64,000 nucleotides of DNA from Candidatus Scatosoma sp. (GCA_045655705.1 JAZOPU010000119.1:1013-65012), one strand, 5' to 3'; counted from the first letter of the stretch, positions 10,119 to 19,848 are shown. Notes: generated from the sequence alone by a model not told the origin. Made by a program: numbers and translations.

Positions 10119-10775
10119 TTATAATTCTTCAAAAAACACGGGCAAAGCGGTTTTTAAATTTTCTAATGCTTTGCTTTTATTGACTAAAAATTGTTCCGTA
10201 GTGCTACCGCTCCCTGCCACGTCGGAAATGGCTTTCACGGAAAACACGGGCAGTTTCGCTGCATGCGCTGCTTGCACGATTGCACCGCCTTCCATATCTC
10301 GAATATCCGCGTTCAGCGTTTGCGTTAAAAGCGCAAAATCGACGGGGGAGTCGTTGAAACGATCGGAAGTGCCGAGCTGTCTTACGGCAAAGGGGGCGTT
10401 GAAATGACAAAGTTGTAAATAATTTTCGCTGTATTCGTCTAAAGTGCCGATTTTCGTGCCGTTGAGTTGCGTTAAGTCAAAATCAAACTGTACGGCTGCA
10501 CCGATTTGATATACTTCGCACAGTTTCGTGTCCGCATTTAATCCACCTGCAACGCCAAAGTTAAAGAGCTTGTCCACATCGAATTTGCTAATCAAAAGCT
10601 GTGTGCCAAGCGCGGCGTTTACTTTTCCAACCCCGCAAACGCATAATGCGATCTCTTTGGAATACGCTTCGCCAACGAATACGTGCTTTCCGCTAATTTC
10701 AAGGGAACGTTCGATTTTCATATCGGATAAAAGTATATCCGCTTCGCTTTGCATTGCAATCACTACACCAATCAT
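10119..10775 (-). CDS. MTA/SAH nucleosidase family (PNP_UDP_1 fold) protein
   Basis: MIGVVIAMQSEAD, CGVGKVNAALG, TSDRF, RDMEGGAI and KAISDVA align with the MtnN/Pfs pattern. A related nucleosidase such as futalosine hydrolase cannot be excluded. Confidence 0.7.
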   Translation of the reverse strand: MIGVVIAMQSEADILLSDMKIERSLEISGKHVFVGEAYSKEIALCVCGVGKVNAALGTQLLISKFDVDKLFNFGVAGGLNADTKLCEVYQIGAAVQFDFDLTQLNGTKIGTLDEYSENYLQLCHFNAPFAVRQLGTSDRFNDSPVDFALLTQTLNADIRDMEGGAIVQAAHAAKLPVFSVKAISDVAGSGSTTEQFLVNKSKALENLKTALPVFFEEL

Positions 10776-10820
10776 AATGAAAAAATCCTTTTATTTTCTT
10801 GTATTTTGTTTATCGTTGTG

Positions 10821-11345
10821 CTATAATGTAACTATCTCTGCGTGAGAAAAATCCTTTTCGGAGCAAACGGTAAGATAGAAGCCGTTATATTCGCGTAAAG
10901 AAATTTGAACGGGCAAGGATACGTCTTTATAATACAATTTCCCGTCCATAAAAAGTAAAGAGGAGAAATCGCGTGAAAGTTTTCCGCCTAACCATTTAAT
11001 ACCGCTTTCCTTAGCGGTGAAATGCCGTAAAAAATCTTGCGTGTTTTTGATTTTTTTCCGTTCGATTTCGGGGAATTTGCGGATAATGGGCAAATAGTTT
11101 ACGGTGCGATTATTTTTTTCTACGTCCAGCCCCACGTTTTCGTCGCAAAAAGCGATAAAAAGAGCGTCTTCGCTATGGGATATAGAAAAAAATAACGGCA
11201 GGGTGGATTGGGCAAGATAGGGCTTTCCGTTTTCCGTTCGTAAAATTTGCGGGTTGGAATACCCGAAATAATCTTGTAAAATTTTTTTAACCGCGTCTTC
11301 GCTGGATGCGAACGCGCTACGTTTTGTATAAAAAATTTTTTCCAT
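10821..11345 (-). CDS. 4'-phosphopantetheinyl transferase, Sfp-type
   Basis: VGLDVEK and FTAKESGIKWLG match the PPTase motifs (V/I)G(I/V)D and F(S/T)xKE(S/A)xxK. 174 aa. Confidence 0.7.
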   Translation of the reverse strand: MEKIFYTKRSAFASSEDAVKKILQDYFGYSNPQILRTENGKPYLAQSTLPLFFSISHSEDALFIAFCDENVGLDVEKNNRTVNYLPIIRKFPEIERKKIKNTQDFLRHFTAKESGIKWLGGKLSRDFSSLLFMDGKLYYKDVSLPVQISLREYNGFYLTVCSEKDFSHAEIVTL

Positions 11346-11378
11346 ATTTAGGTACTATTATAACAGGAGAAAAAGAAA

Positions 11379-11834
11379 ATGTCAAGAGCAAAAAGGGCAA
11401 AAGAATATTTTAAAGCGGGCTATAATTGTTCTCAAGCGGTTGCGCTCGCGTTTGCGGATCTTATGGATTTAGACGAAAAAATGATTGCAAAAATTACGCA
11501 ACCTTTTGGCGGGGGTATGGGCAGACTGCGTTTAACTTGCGGTGCAGTAAGCGGTATGGCAACGGTGATTGGAGCAATTTTTGGAGATGCCGAGCTTACG
11601 GCAGACGGGAAAAAGAACACGTATTCGATAGTGCAGGAAGTTTGCGGGGCGTTTAAAAACGAGTGCGGAAGCTTGATATGTGGAGAATTGCTCACGGGTG
11701 CAAATTTACATGTAGAAGTGGGTGGGGAAGCGGAAAAACGCACGAACGAATACTATAAAAAACGCCCGTGCGCCGAACTTGTTTATACCGCCGCGCGTAT
11801 TTTAGAAGAATTTTTGGAAAAGAAAAATATTTAA
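11379..11834 (+). CDS. C_GCAxxG_C_C family putative redox-active protein
   Basis: GYNCSQAV, TCGAVSG, ECGSLICGE and a C-terminal RPCAELV give the Cys pattern of the family. Confidence 0.75.
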   Translation: MSRAKRAKEYFKAGYNCSQAVALAFADLMDLDEKMIAKITQPFGGGMGRLRLTCGAVSGMATVIGAIFGDAELTADGKKNTYSIVQEVCGAFKNECGSLICGELLTGANLHVEVGGEAEKRTNEYYKKRPCAELVYTAARILEEFLEKKNI

Positions 11835-11845
11835 ACGTAATATAT

Positions 11846-11874
11846 TTGACTTACCATTTTTTTTGTGTTAAACT
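11846..11874 (+). promoter_or_regulatory. Sigma-A type promoter
   Basis: TTGACT (11846-11851), 17 nt, TAAACT (11869-11874), with TGT immediately upstream of the -10. Confidence 0.5.
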
Positions 11875-11904
11875 ATATCCACAATCAATTAGGAGAACGA
11901 AACT

Positions 11905-13161
11905 ATGGACAAATTAAAAATTGGTTTTATCGGTTTAGGACAGCGCGGTGCGGCGTACGGTATGACTGATGGGAGCATCGGCTTGCTTGGCAACGTTTTG
12001 AAAAATTCCGACGACGTTATCGTTACGGTCATTTGCGATCGCTATCAAGAACGTTTAGACGCGGCGAGTGAAAAAATCGTTGCGCACGGTTATCCCGTGC
12101 CTATGCAAACGACGGACTATAAAGACGTTATGAACGCGGATATCGACGCAATCATCATTTCCACGAGCTGGGATATGCACGTAAAAGTAGCGCTCGAAGG
12201 TATGCGCGCGGGTATTCCTGTTGCCATGGAAGTTGGCGGAACGCATAATATCGACGATTGTTGGAAGCTTGTCGATTGCTACGAAGAAACGGGCACGCCG
12301 ATATTCTTTATGGAAAACTGCTGTTATAACAAGGACGAAGCGCTTGTAACTTCGCTTGCAAGAAACGGGGTTTTGGGCGAGATTGCCTATTGCCAAGGCT
12401 ATTACTGCCATGACCTTCGCGAAGAAATTTCGGGCGGTATCGACACGCATCACTACCGCTTGGAAGAATACACCAACCACAACTGCGAAAACTATCCCAC
12501 GCACGAGCTTGGACCGATTGCTAAACTTCTCAATATCACGAGCGGAAATAGATTTACAAAGCTTGTTTCTATGTCCTCAAAAGCAGTGGGCTTGCACGAA
12601 TACATAATGAATAATCCCAAATATAAAGACCGTTTGGGAGATAGAAAATTTAAACAAGGCGACGTTACGACGACGATGATCGAATGTGAAAACGGTGAAA
12701 CGATTTTCTTAAAACTCGACACGACTTTGCCTCGTTTATACGAACGCGGACTTACGGCAAGCGGAACGAAAGGCTTCTATTGCCAAACCACGCAAAGCGT
12801 AATCGTTGACGACGGCAGTATCGATCACGAGCACACGTCTTATAAAGATATGTTCTTCACGCAAAAGAACTACGACGAGTATTTGCCTGACGATTGGCGT
12901 TTGATTACCGCAGAGCAAATTAAATCTGGGCACGGCGGTATGGACTTTATCATGCTCAAACATTTCTTCAAGTGCTTGAAAGAGAAAAAGCCTATGCCCA
13001 TCGACGTATACGACGCGGTTACTTGGATGTGCGTTACAGCGCTTTCCGAGCAATCTATTGCAAACGGTAGCGCGCCCGTGGAATGTCCCGATTTCACGCG
13101 CGGTAAATACAAAACGCGTAAGACGGTAGACGTGTTCGAGTTCCCGACCGTGAATAAGTAA
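11905..13161 (+). CDS. Gfo/Idh/MocA-fold NAD-dependent enzyme, GH109-like (candidate alpha-N-acetylgalactosaminidase); no signal peptide
   Basis: Rossmann start KIGFIGLGQRG. The central FFMENCCYNKDEALVTSLARNGVLGEIAYCQGYYCHDLREE resembles the GH109 pattern as I recall it. 418 aa is long for a plain Gfo/Idh/MocA dehydrogenase. Confidence 0.6.
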   Translation: MDKLKIGFIGLGQRGAAYGMTDGSIGLLGNVLKNSDDVIVTVICDRYQERLDAASEKIVAHGYPVPMQTTDYKDVMNADIDAIIISTSWDMHVKVALEGMRAGIPVAMEVGGTHNIDDCWKLVDCYEETGTPIFFMENCCYNKDEALVTSLARNGVLGEIAYCQGYYCHDLREEISGGIDTHHYRLEEYTNHNCENYPTHELGPIAKLLNITSGNRFTKLVSMSSKAVGLHEYIMNNPKYKDRLGDRKFKQGDVTTTMIECENGETIFLKLDTTLPRLYERGLTASGTKGFYCQTTQSVIVDDGSIDHEHTSYKDMFFTQKNYDEYLPDDWRLITAEQIKSGHGGMDFIMLKHFFKCLKEKKPMPIDVYDAVTWMCVTALSEQSIANGSAPVECPDFTRGKYKTRKTVDVFEFPTVNK

Positions 13162-13216
13162 ATTTTGCGATCCTTACGAAAAATTATTTGAATATTTATC
13201 AAATTCCCTGCGCATA

Positions 13217-13245
13217 TTGACACGCGGGGAATTTTTCGTTATAAT
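13217..13245 (+). promoter_or_regulatory. Consensus sigma-A promoter for the ROK kinase gene
   Basis: TTGACA (13217-13222), 17 nt, TATAAT (13240-13245). Confidence 0.6.
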
Positions 13246-13270
13246 GAAAGAAAAAAGTACGGGGCAGGCT

Positions 13271-14233
13271 ATGGAAAAGTATATTGTCGGCATTGATCTT
13301 GGCGGAACGAGCGCGAAAGGCGGATTGTTTTCCTTTGACGGAGAACTTATTTGCTGTGAAAAAGTGGATACAAACAAGGCGGACGGTTTTCAAGGCACGC
13401 TGAAAAAGCTTGCAAGCCTTGCCTTTGCGCTTGCTAAAAAGGCGGGCATGGATTTTTCACTTGTTATGGCGATTGGTTGCGGGGCACCGGGGGTGGTGGA
13501 TAGTAGAAAAGGCGTTATTTTGCGTTGGAGTAATTTTGATTGGCAGGACGTGCCCTTTGCAAAAACGCTTTCTGATCTAACTCAAAAACCCGTATACGTT
13601 GCAAACGACGCGAACGTGGCAGCGCTTGGAGAAGCTCGGTTTGGCGCGACGGCGCAATATCAAAGCAGTATCTTGCTTACGCTCGGTACAGGCGTTGGCG
13701 GGGGGATCGTGTTTGACGGAAAACTCATTGAAGGATATCAAAGCGCGGGTGCGGAGCTTGGGCATATCACCATACGCGAAGGCGGACTTCCCTGTGCGTG
13801 CGGACGTCGCGGTTGTTATGAAAAATACGCTTCGGCAACCGCGCTCATATCGCAAACACGGCACGCCATGGTGGAAAATTTACACAGTAAAATGTGGGAG
13901 CTTGTAGACGGGAAAATAGAAAACGTTGGGGGAAGAACGGCGTTTGAAGCCGCAACACAGGGCGACGAAACGGCACAGCGCGTTATCAATCAATACGTAG
14001 GCTATCTATCCGAAGGTATTGCGGACTTTGTGAATATTTTGCGCCCCGAAGCGATCGTGCTTGGCGGTGGGATTGCCAACGAAGGCGAAGCTTTGTTCGC
14101 ACCCCTTCGCAAAGCCGTAGACGAGAGAACGTATATCGCTATGGATATCGTACCGCTTAAAATCGTGGGGGCAAAGCTTGGCAATCAAGCGGGAATGTAC
14201 GGCGCGTATTCGATAGCGAAAGATAATTTATAA
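13271..14233 (+). CDS. ROK family sugar kinase (glucokinase-like)
   Basis: IVGIDLGGTS ATP motif. ROK zinc motif GHITIREGGLPCACGRRGCYEKY. The start was moved to ATG 13271 because the ORF-track start at 13217 coincides with the -35 box. Confidence 0.85.
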   Translation: MEKYIVGIDLGGTSAKGGLFSFDGELICCEKVDTNKADGFQGTLKKLASLAFALAKKAGMDFSLVMAIGCGAPGVVDSRKGVILRWSNFDWQDVPFAKTLSDLTQKPVYVANDANVAALGEARFGATAQYQSSILLTLGTGVGGGIVFDGKLIEGYQSAGAELGHITIREGGLPCACGRRGCYEKYASATALISQTRHAMVENLHSKMWELVDGKIENVGGRTAFEAATQGDETAQRVINQYVGYLSEGIADFVNILRPEAIVLGGGIANEGEALFAPLRKAVDERTYIAMDIVPLKIVGAKLGNQAGMYGAYSIAKDNL

Positions 14234-14304
14234 TCTGGTTTTGTATCAAAAATTTTGCATTGGGCATACTTTGAGTAGTGAGTAAAACGAAAGGAGTGTG
14301 TCCA

Positions 14305-15579
14305 ATGAATCCATTTAATGAAAAGCCTATTGCGCTTGAAAAAAGCTTCCAAAACTGGAAAGAGTTGTATCCAAAGTCTTATGATAAACGGGAAGTGGAT
14401 CCCTACACGAAAACGCGTATCATTTTAATGAATGGCACGGAATTTGAAGCAAATTGGTTTTCGCATCAATTTGCTCGGCATACGGATAATAACGATTTAC
14501 GCCGTGAACTTGCGTTGACGCGTATGATCGAAAAGCAACAGCAACTGAAAATTTCATTGCTCAAACCCATGAACGAAACGGTGCTTGAACATACCATCGG
14601 TTATGAACAGCTTGCCGTGGATTTAACGGCAGAGCTTGCCAAGCGTGAACTGGATTGCAACGTGAAAACGGCGTTAGATTTCGCACTTTTAGAAGACTTT
14701 GATCATTTGTACCGCTATGCTAATTTATTGGAAATGGAACAAGGGGTATACGCGGAATGGCTGGTTGGACGATACACGGAAATTATGCCCGGCAGACCTA
14801 CGATTGCGCATCATAGATATCCCAAGGATAACGTGAAAAAGTGCATCAACGCCAAAAAATCGGAAGTGCAAACGGTGCTTTCTACAATGATTATCACCGC
14901 AGCCGAACAGCAAACAATGAATTATTATATGAACGTAACCAACTTTGCTTGTTCGGATATGGGGCGCAAGCTTTATCAAGAGATCGCACTTGTAGAAGAA
15001 GAACACGTAACGCAATACGAATCGCTTATGGATCCCAACGCAACTTGGCTTGAAATGTTGCTTTGGCACGAATATTGCGAATGTTATTTGTATTGGTCGT
15101 GCTACAAAACGGAAACGGACGCACGCATTCGGAAGTTTTGGGAAGAAAACCTTGAATTTGAAATTGCGCAGTTGCATAAAGCGGCGGAGCTTTTGCAAAA
15201 ATACGAAAATAAGCATTGGCAAGAAGTTATTCCTTGCGGTGATTTCCCCGCGCCCATTTGCTTGCACGAAAATATCGATTACGTGCGTAAAATCCTTGGG
15301 GATACCGTGCAATATACCTCCGATCGGGAAGAGTATAAAAAAGTCAAAGATTTACCCAAAGACGCGGACTTTTTCGCGTATCAGGAAATTATCAATCCTT
15401 CCACGGATATCGTACCGTCGCATTGCGTGATAGAGAACTTTATTCGTCGTCGCGGTGCGGATTATCGATATCAAGTGGCGCAAAGTCCCGTGCCCGAGCT
15501 TCGCAACCGCAGACAGGATAACACCTGCGTAGGTCGTAAGCCCAACGCCGCGGATTCGTCGGATTTTTTCTGTAACTAA
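14305..15579 (+). CDS. Conserved-unknown protein with ferritin-like / diiron-carboxylate signature
   Basis: 424 aa. Candidate metal ligands are spaced as in four-helix-bundle diiron proteins: IGYEQLAV, LLEDFDHLYRY, TAAEQQTMNYY, ALVEEEHVTQYE. AAGGAG (14291-14296) lies 8 nt before ATG 14305. I recognise no catalytic family. Confidence 0.4.
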   Translation: MNPFNEKPIALEKSFQNWKELYPKSYDKREVDPYTKTRIILMNGTEFEANWFSHQFARHTDNNDLRRELALTRMIEKQQQLKISLLKPMNETVLEHTIGYEQLAVDLTAELAKRELDCNVKTALDFALLEDFDHLYRYANLLEMEQGVYAEWLVGRYTEIMPGRPTIAHHRYPKDNVKKCINAKKSEVQTVLSTMIITAAEQQTMNYYMNVTNFACSDMGRKLYQEIALVEEEHVTQYESLMDPNATWLEMLLWHEYCECYLYWSCYKTETDARIRKFWEENLEFEIAQLHKAAELLQKYENKHWQEVIPCGDFPAPICLHENIDYVRKILGDTVQYTSDREEYKKVKDLPKDADFFAYQEIINPSTDIVPSHCVIENFIRRRGADYRYQVAQSPVPELRNRRQDNTCVGRKPNAADSSDFFCN

Positions 15580-15684
15580 ACGTATTCCACCTGCCTTTGG
15601 CGGGTGGAAATTTATATGCGAGAGTAAAAATCGTTTGTATATTTTCTTTGTTTGTGCTATACTAAAAACATAGGGACACGATAT

Positions 15685-18105
15685 ATGTTAAATACAAGTT
15701 TGATCGTACCCACCAAAGCAAAAGCCGACGAAAAAAACGTCGTTGTATGGAATTGTTACCGCGTGAGCGTGCTCTTTGATAGACTTTTTCGCATAGAACG
15801 CAGTGAAAAGGGCGTGTTTCGCGACGAAGCAACGCAATGCGTTTGGTATCGTAATATGCCTGCCGTAAAATACGCGCTAACTGTTCGTGGCGATATCGCC
15901 GTGATTAAAACCAACGCTTGCACGCTCGTTTTAAAACCCAAACGCAAGGATTGCCGTATTTGTCTATTCGACGACGTGGAACGAGAAATTTCCAACGCTG
16001 GGAATTTGCTGGGCACAAGCCGAACGCTTGATGGTTGTAACGGAAATAAAATCGTGCCTTTTTCTTGGCTCAAACTTCCTGAAAACGCCAGCGACGAACT
16101 GCCATTAGAATACGGCGTATGTTCTCGCACGGGCGTGGCTGTGCTTGATGATAGCAATTCTCTTTCGCTGGCAAAAGACGGTACGTTCACGGGCAAAAAA
16201 GCGAATGGTAGCGACGAATACGTGTTTGCATTCGGGAATGATTATAGGGGCGCATTGCGCGTGTTATATTCTTTGACGGGAAGTTCTCCGCTTATTCCAA
16301 GGTTCGCCTTTGGGAATTGGTGGAGCAGATACCACGATTATTCAGATAAAGAATATTTGCGGTTGATGGAGAAATTCCAAGATAACGACGTACCGCTCAC
16401 CGTTGCCACCGTGGATATGGATTGGCATTATTCCAAAACGCTCGACGAAGATTTTGAAATTACGAAAAAGGGTAGAAACACTTCCTTTTACGGCGGGAAT
16501 AGCGGTTGGACGGGATATACTTGGAACAAACGGTTGTTTCCCGATTATAAAGCTTTTTTGCGGGAGTTAAAAAACAGGGGACTGCGCGTTACGCTCAATT
16601 TACACCCCGCCGAAGGGATACGCTGGTTTGAAGAAGCGTATCCAAAAATGGCACAAGCGCTTGGGTTAGACGATAAAAGCGGGGGATTGATTGCGTTTGA
16701 TATCGCCAACCCTGATTTTGTCAACGCGTATTTTGATATTTTGCATAAACCCTACGAGTGCGACGGCGTGGATTTTTGGTGGATTGATTGGCAACAGGGC
16801 ACGCAGTCGGGAATAGACGGTTTTGATCCGCTTTGGGCGCTCAATCACTATCACTTTTTAGACCACGCCAGAAACCACGGGCAACCGCTTATTTTGTCTA
16901 GATACGCAGGCGTTGGCTCGCACAGGTATCCGATCGGATTTTCGGGCGATACGCTGATTTCTTGGGAAACGCTTGATTATTTACCCTATTTCACAGCGAC
17001 GGCGAGCAATATCGGCTACACCTTTTGGAGTCACGATATCGGCGGGCATATGTTTGGAAACGTAAGCGGGGAGCTATACGTGCGCCATATTCAGTTTGGA
17101 GTATTTTCGCCTATCAATCGTTTGCATTCGAGTGATGCCGCCGTGACCACGAAAGAGCCTTGGGCGTATGGCAACGGACGCGGAAAAATCGCCATGGAAT
17201 GGTTGCGTTTGCGCCATAAGCTGATTCCGTTTTTATATACCTGCGCCCACCGCACGCACACGGAAGGGATTGCCCTTATTGAGCCGTTATACTACGAGTG
17301 GGATACGCCGATTGCCTACGAAATGCCAAACGAGTATCTCTTTGGCGGTCAGTTGTTGGTTGCACCCATTACAACGCCTATGCAAAATGGATTTGCGAAA
17401 ACGAAAGCTTGGTTGCCTGCTGGTACTTGGACGGATATTTTCACGGGCGATGAATACACCGTGTTAAAGGATAAAAGCTTTGAAATGCAACGCGATTTGG
17501 AAAGTATTCCCGTTTTGGCAAAAAGCGGTGCAATTTTGCCTTTTTCAGGCGATAGGGGGAATTCTTGCGCAAATCCCACGCTTTTGGACGTTTGGGTGTA
17601 TAACGGAAACGGGGAATTTACCTTATACGAAGACGGAAAAGATAAAAGAGAATTTTTTACGCATTTTGTGTCTTTATATAACGAAAACGGGGAAGTGGGC
17701 ACGCAAAAACTAACGGTGGATTGCCGTGGAGATTTAACTGTTTGTCCGCCCGAGCGCGTTTTAAAGATATCTTTCAAAAATATCGACGACGGAGAAGTTT
17801 GTGTTTTTATAGACGGCAAGAAAACACAGGTAAAGGAAAAGCTTTGCGACCACGTTACGGTGGAAATTCCCTTTCAAGCGGAAAAGCGGTATGAGATTTG
17901 CGTAACCTTTAAAAAACGTAGCTTAATAGAAAAACTGCTCGTTCGGGCAAAAGGCATACTGCTCCACGCGGAAGGGGATAACGAAGGCAAAGCTTTGGCG
18001 TATACAAGGCTTTTAGAAGCGAAAACTCTGTCCGATTATAAATTACAAGTACAGCTTTGCGGTATGAGCAAGGAAATAAAACAAAGATTATTAGAAATTT
18101 TATAA
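15685..18105 (+). CDS. Glycoside hydrolase family 31 enzyme, specificity unknown
   Basis: GH31 hallmarks GVDFWWIDWQQG (nucleophile region), YPIGFSGDT and FWSHDIGGH. ATG 15685 follows AGGGA. The ORF-track start at 15652 overlaps a TGCTATACT -10 element. Confidence 0.85.
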   Translation: MLNTSLIVPTKAKADEKNVVVWNCYRVSVLFDRLFRIERSEKGVFRDEATQCVWYRNMPAVKYALTVRGDIAVIKTNACTLVLKPKRKDCRICLFDDVEREISNAGNLLGTSRTLDGCNGNKIVPFSWLKLPENASDELPLEYGVCSRTGVAVLDDSNSLSLAKDGTFTGKKANGSDEYVFAFGNDYRGALRVLYSLTGSSPLIPRFAFGNWWSRYHDYSDKEYLRLMEKFQDNDVPLTVATVDMDWHYSKTLDEDFEITKKGRNTSFYGGNSGWTGYTWNKRLFPDYKAFLRELKNRGLRVTLNLHPAEGIRWFEEAYPKMAQALGLDDKSGGLIAFDIANPDFVNAYFDILHKPYECDGVDFWWIDWQQGTQSGIDGFDPLWALNHYHFLDHARNHGQPLILSRYAGVGSHRYPIGFSGDTLISWETLDYLPYFTATASNIGYTFWSHDIGGHMFGNVSGELYVRHIQFGVFSPINRLHSSDAAVTTKEPWAYGNGRGKIAMEWLRLRHKLIPFLYTCAHRTHTEGIALIEPLYYEWDTPIAYEMPNEYLFGGQLLVAPITTPMQNGFAKTKAWLPAGTWTDIFTGDEYTVLKDKSFEMQRDLESIPVLAKSGAILPFSGDRGNSCANPTLLDVWVYNGNGEFTLYEDGKDKREFFTHFVSLYNENGEVGTQKLTVDCRGDLTVCPPERVLKISFKNIDDGEVCVFIDGKKTQVKEKLCDHVTVEIPFQAEKRYEICVTFKKRSLIEKLLVRAKGILLHAEGDNEGKALAYTRLLEAKTLSDYKLQVQLCGMSKEIKQRLLEIL

Positions 18106-18117
18106 CAGGTAACACGA

Positions 18118-19848
18118 ATGAAAAACGTAAGAAGATTTTTTAAATATTACAAACCGCACAAGAAAATGTTCATAACCGACCTGATTTGCTCGTTTGCGAT
18201 ATCCGTTTGCAATATGTTCTATCCAATGATTGCGCGCAATATTATGAACGATTACGTTCCCAACGGCAATTTGCAATTATTGCTCACTTGGGCAATCGTG
18301 CTTGCGGGAATTTACGCGTTAAAATGCGTTTTGACCTTTATCGTAGGGTATTGGGGACACGTTTTAGGCGTGCGGATTCAAGGGGATATGCGACGGGATT
18401 TATTTCGCCACGTGGAAACCTTGTCCTATGCCTTTTTCGACGAAAATAAAACGGGGAACGTGATGTCAAGAATCGTCAACGATCTTTTTGAAGTGTCCGA
18501 GCTTGCGCACCACGCGCCCGAAGATTTATTCAATTCGTTTATTTCCATTATCGGTGCACTCGTGTTGCTTTCGCTGATCAATGCGTGGCTGTCGCTGATC
18601 GTATTGTGTTATATTCCGTTTATGATCTTTTTTGCGGCAAAAGCGCGTGGAAAAATGAATCACGCGTTCGACGAATCGCGCAAAAAAGTGGCGGTGCTGA
18701 ATGCGGAAATTGAATCGTCCGTTTCCGGTGTACGCGTTACCAAAGCGTATAACGCACAAGTAAAAGAATGGGAAAAGTTTGATGGTGTGAACGAGCAATT
18801 CAAGCAGGCAAGGAAACAGGCGTATCGCGCGATGGGCGGTTTTCACGCAGGAATGGGGGCGTTTAACGATTTTTTGTATTTGCTTGCGTTGGTTTCGGGT
18901 GGGCTGTTGTTCTTTTTTGGGAAAATAACCGCTCCCGATTTCACAGCATATATTCTATATATCACAATGCTACTTACACCCATTCGCACGATCGTGTCGC
19001 TCTTTGAGCAAATCCAAGACGGTATGACGGGTTTTAAACGCTTTTGCGAGCTTATGGACACGCCGTCGGAATATGAGCCGAGCGTACCCGTTGAAACGGA
19101 TTTGGACGGCGATATTGTCTTTGAAAACGTCAATTTTGCCTATAAGAAACAAAAAGACGAAGGAACGGGCGACGTTTTAAACGGCGTTTCATTCACGGTT
19201 AAAAAAGGCAAGACGATTGCACTCGTCGGGGCTTCGGGCGGTGGAAAAACAACCATTTGTCATTTGCTCCCGAGATTTTATTTGCGGGATAGCGGTAGGA
19301 TTTCGATTGGCGGGGTGGATATCAACGACGTAGCTTCCACGACCTTGCGTGAAAAAATCGCCGTGGTGCAACAGGACGTGTTTTTGTTTTCGGGGAGTAT
19401 ACGGGATAATATCATGTACGGCTCGCCCGATAAAACGGAAGAAGATATGCTGCTTGCCGCAAAACGTGCGAATATCCACGATTTCGTTTGTACGCTTCCA
19501 AACGGCTATGACACGGAAGTGGGCGAACGGGGCGTCAAGCTTTCGGGAGGACAAAAACAACGCGTTTCTATTGCCCGCGCCTTTTTGAAAAATCCCCCGA
19601 TACTTATTTTAGACGAGGCGACGAGTGCTCTCGATAATATGACGGAAATGCAAATCCAAAGCGCGCTTTCAAAGCTTGCCAAAGGCAGAACGACGCTCGT
19701 TGTTGCGCACAGGCTTTCCACCGTGAAAAATGCCGACGAAATTCTTGTGTTGACGGACGGAAAAATCACCGAGCGTGGCACGCACGAACAGCTCGTTAAA
19801 TCGGGCGGTTTATATGCGGAACTTTATCGCTATCAATTTAAAGAATAA
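18118..19848 (+). CDS. ABC exporter, fused permease and ATPase (MsbA/type I exporter-like)
   Basis: Six predicted N-terminal TM helices. Walker A GASGGGKTT, signature LSGGQKQR, Walker B ILILDEATS. Confidence 0.9.
   Translation: MKNVRRFFKYYKPHKKMFITDLICSFAISVCNMFYPMIARNIMNDYVPNGNLQLLLTWAIVLAGIYALKCVLTFIVGYWGHVLGVRIQGDMRRDLFRHVETLSYAFFDENKTGNVMSRIVNDLFEVSELAHHAPEDLFNSFISIIGALVLLSLINAWLSLIVLCYIPFMIFFAAKARGKMNHAFDESRKKVAVLNAEIESSVSGVRVTKAYNAQVKEWEKFDGVNEQFKQARKQAYRAMGGFHAGMGAFNDFLYLLALVSGGLLFFFGKITAPDFTAYILYITMLLTPIRTIVSLFEQIQDGMTGFKRFCELMDTPSEYEPSVPVETDLDGDIVFENVNFAYKKQKDEGTGDVLNGVSFTVKKGKTIALVGASGGGKTTICHLLPRFYLRDSGRISIGGVDINDVASTTLREKIAVVQQDVFLFSGSIRDNIMYGSPDKTEEDMLLAAKRANIHDFVCTLPNGYDTEVGERGVKLSGGQKQRVSIARAFLKNPPILILDEATSALDNMTEMQIQSALSKLAKGRTTLVVAHRLSTVKNADEILVLTDGKITERGTHEQLVKSGGLYAELYRYQFKE

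Noticed and set aside
10821-11345. Sfp-type PPTase as a flag for a nearby NRPS/PKS cluster.
   Set aside because: No carrier-protein, synthetase or synthase genes occur anywhere in the window. The neighbours are ung, a nucleosidase and a small redox protein.
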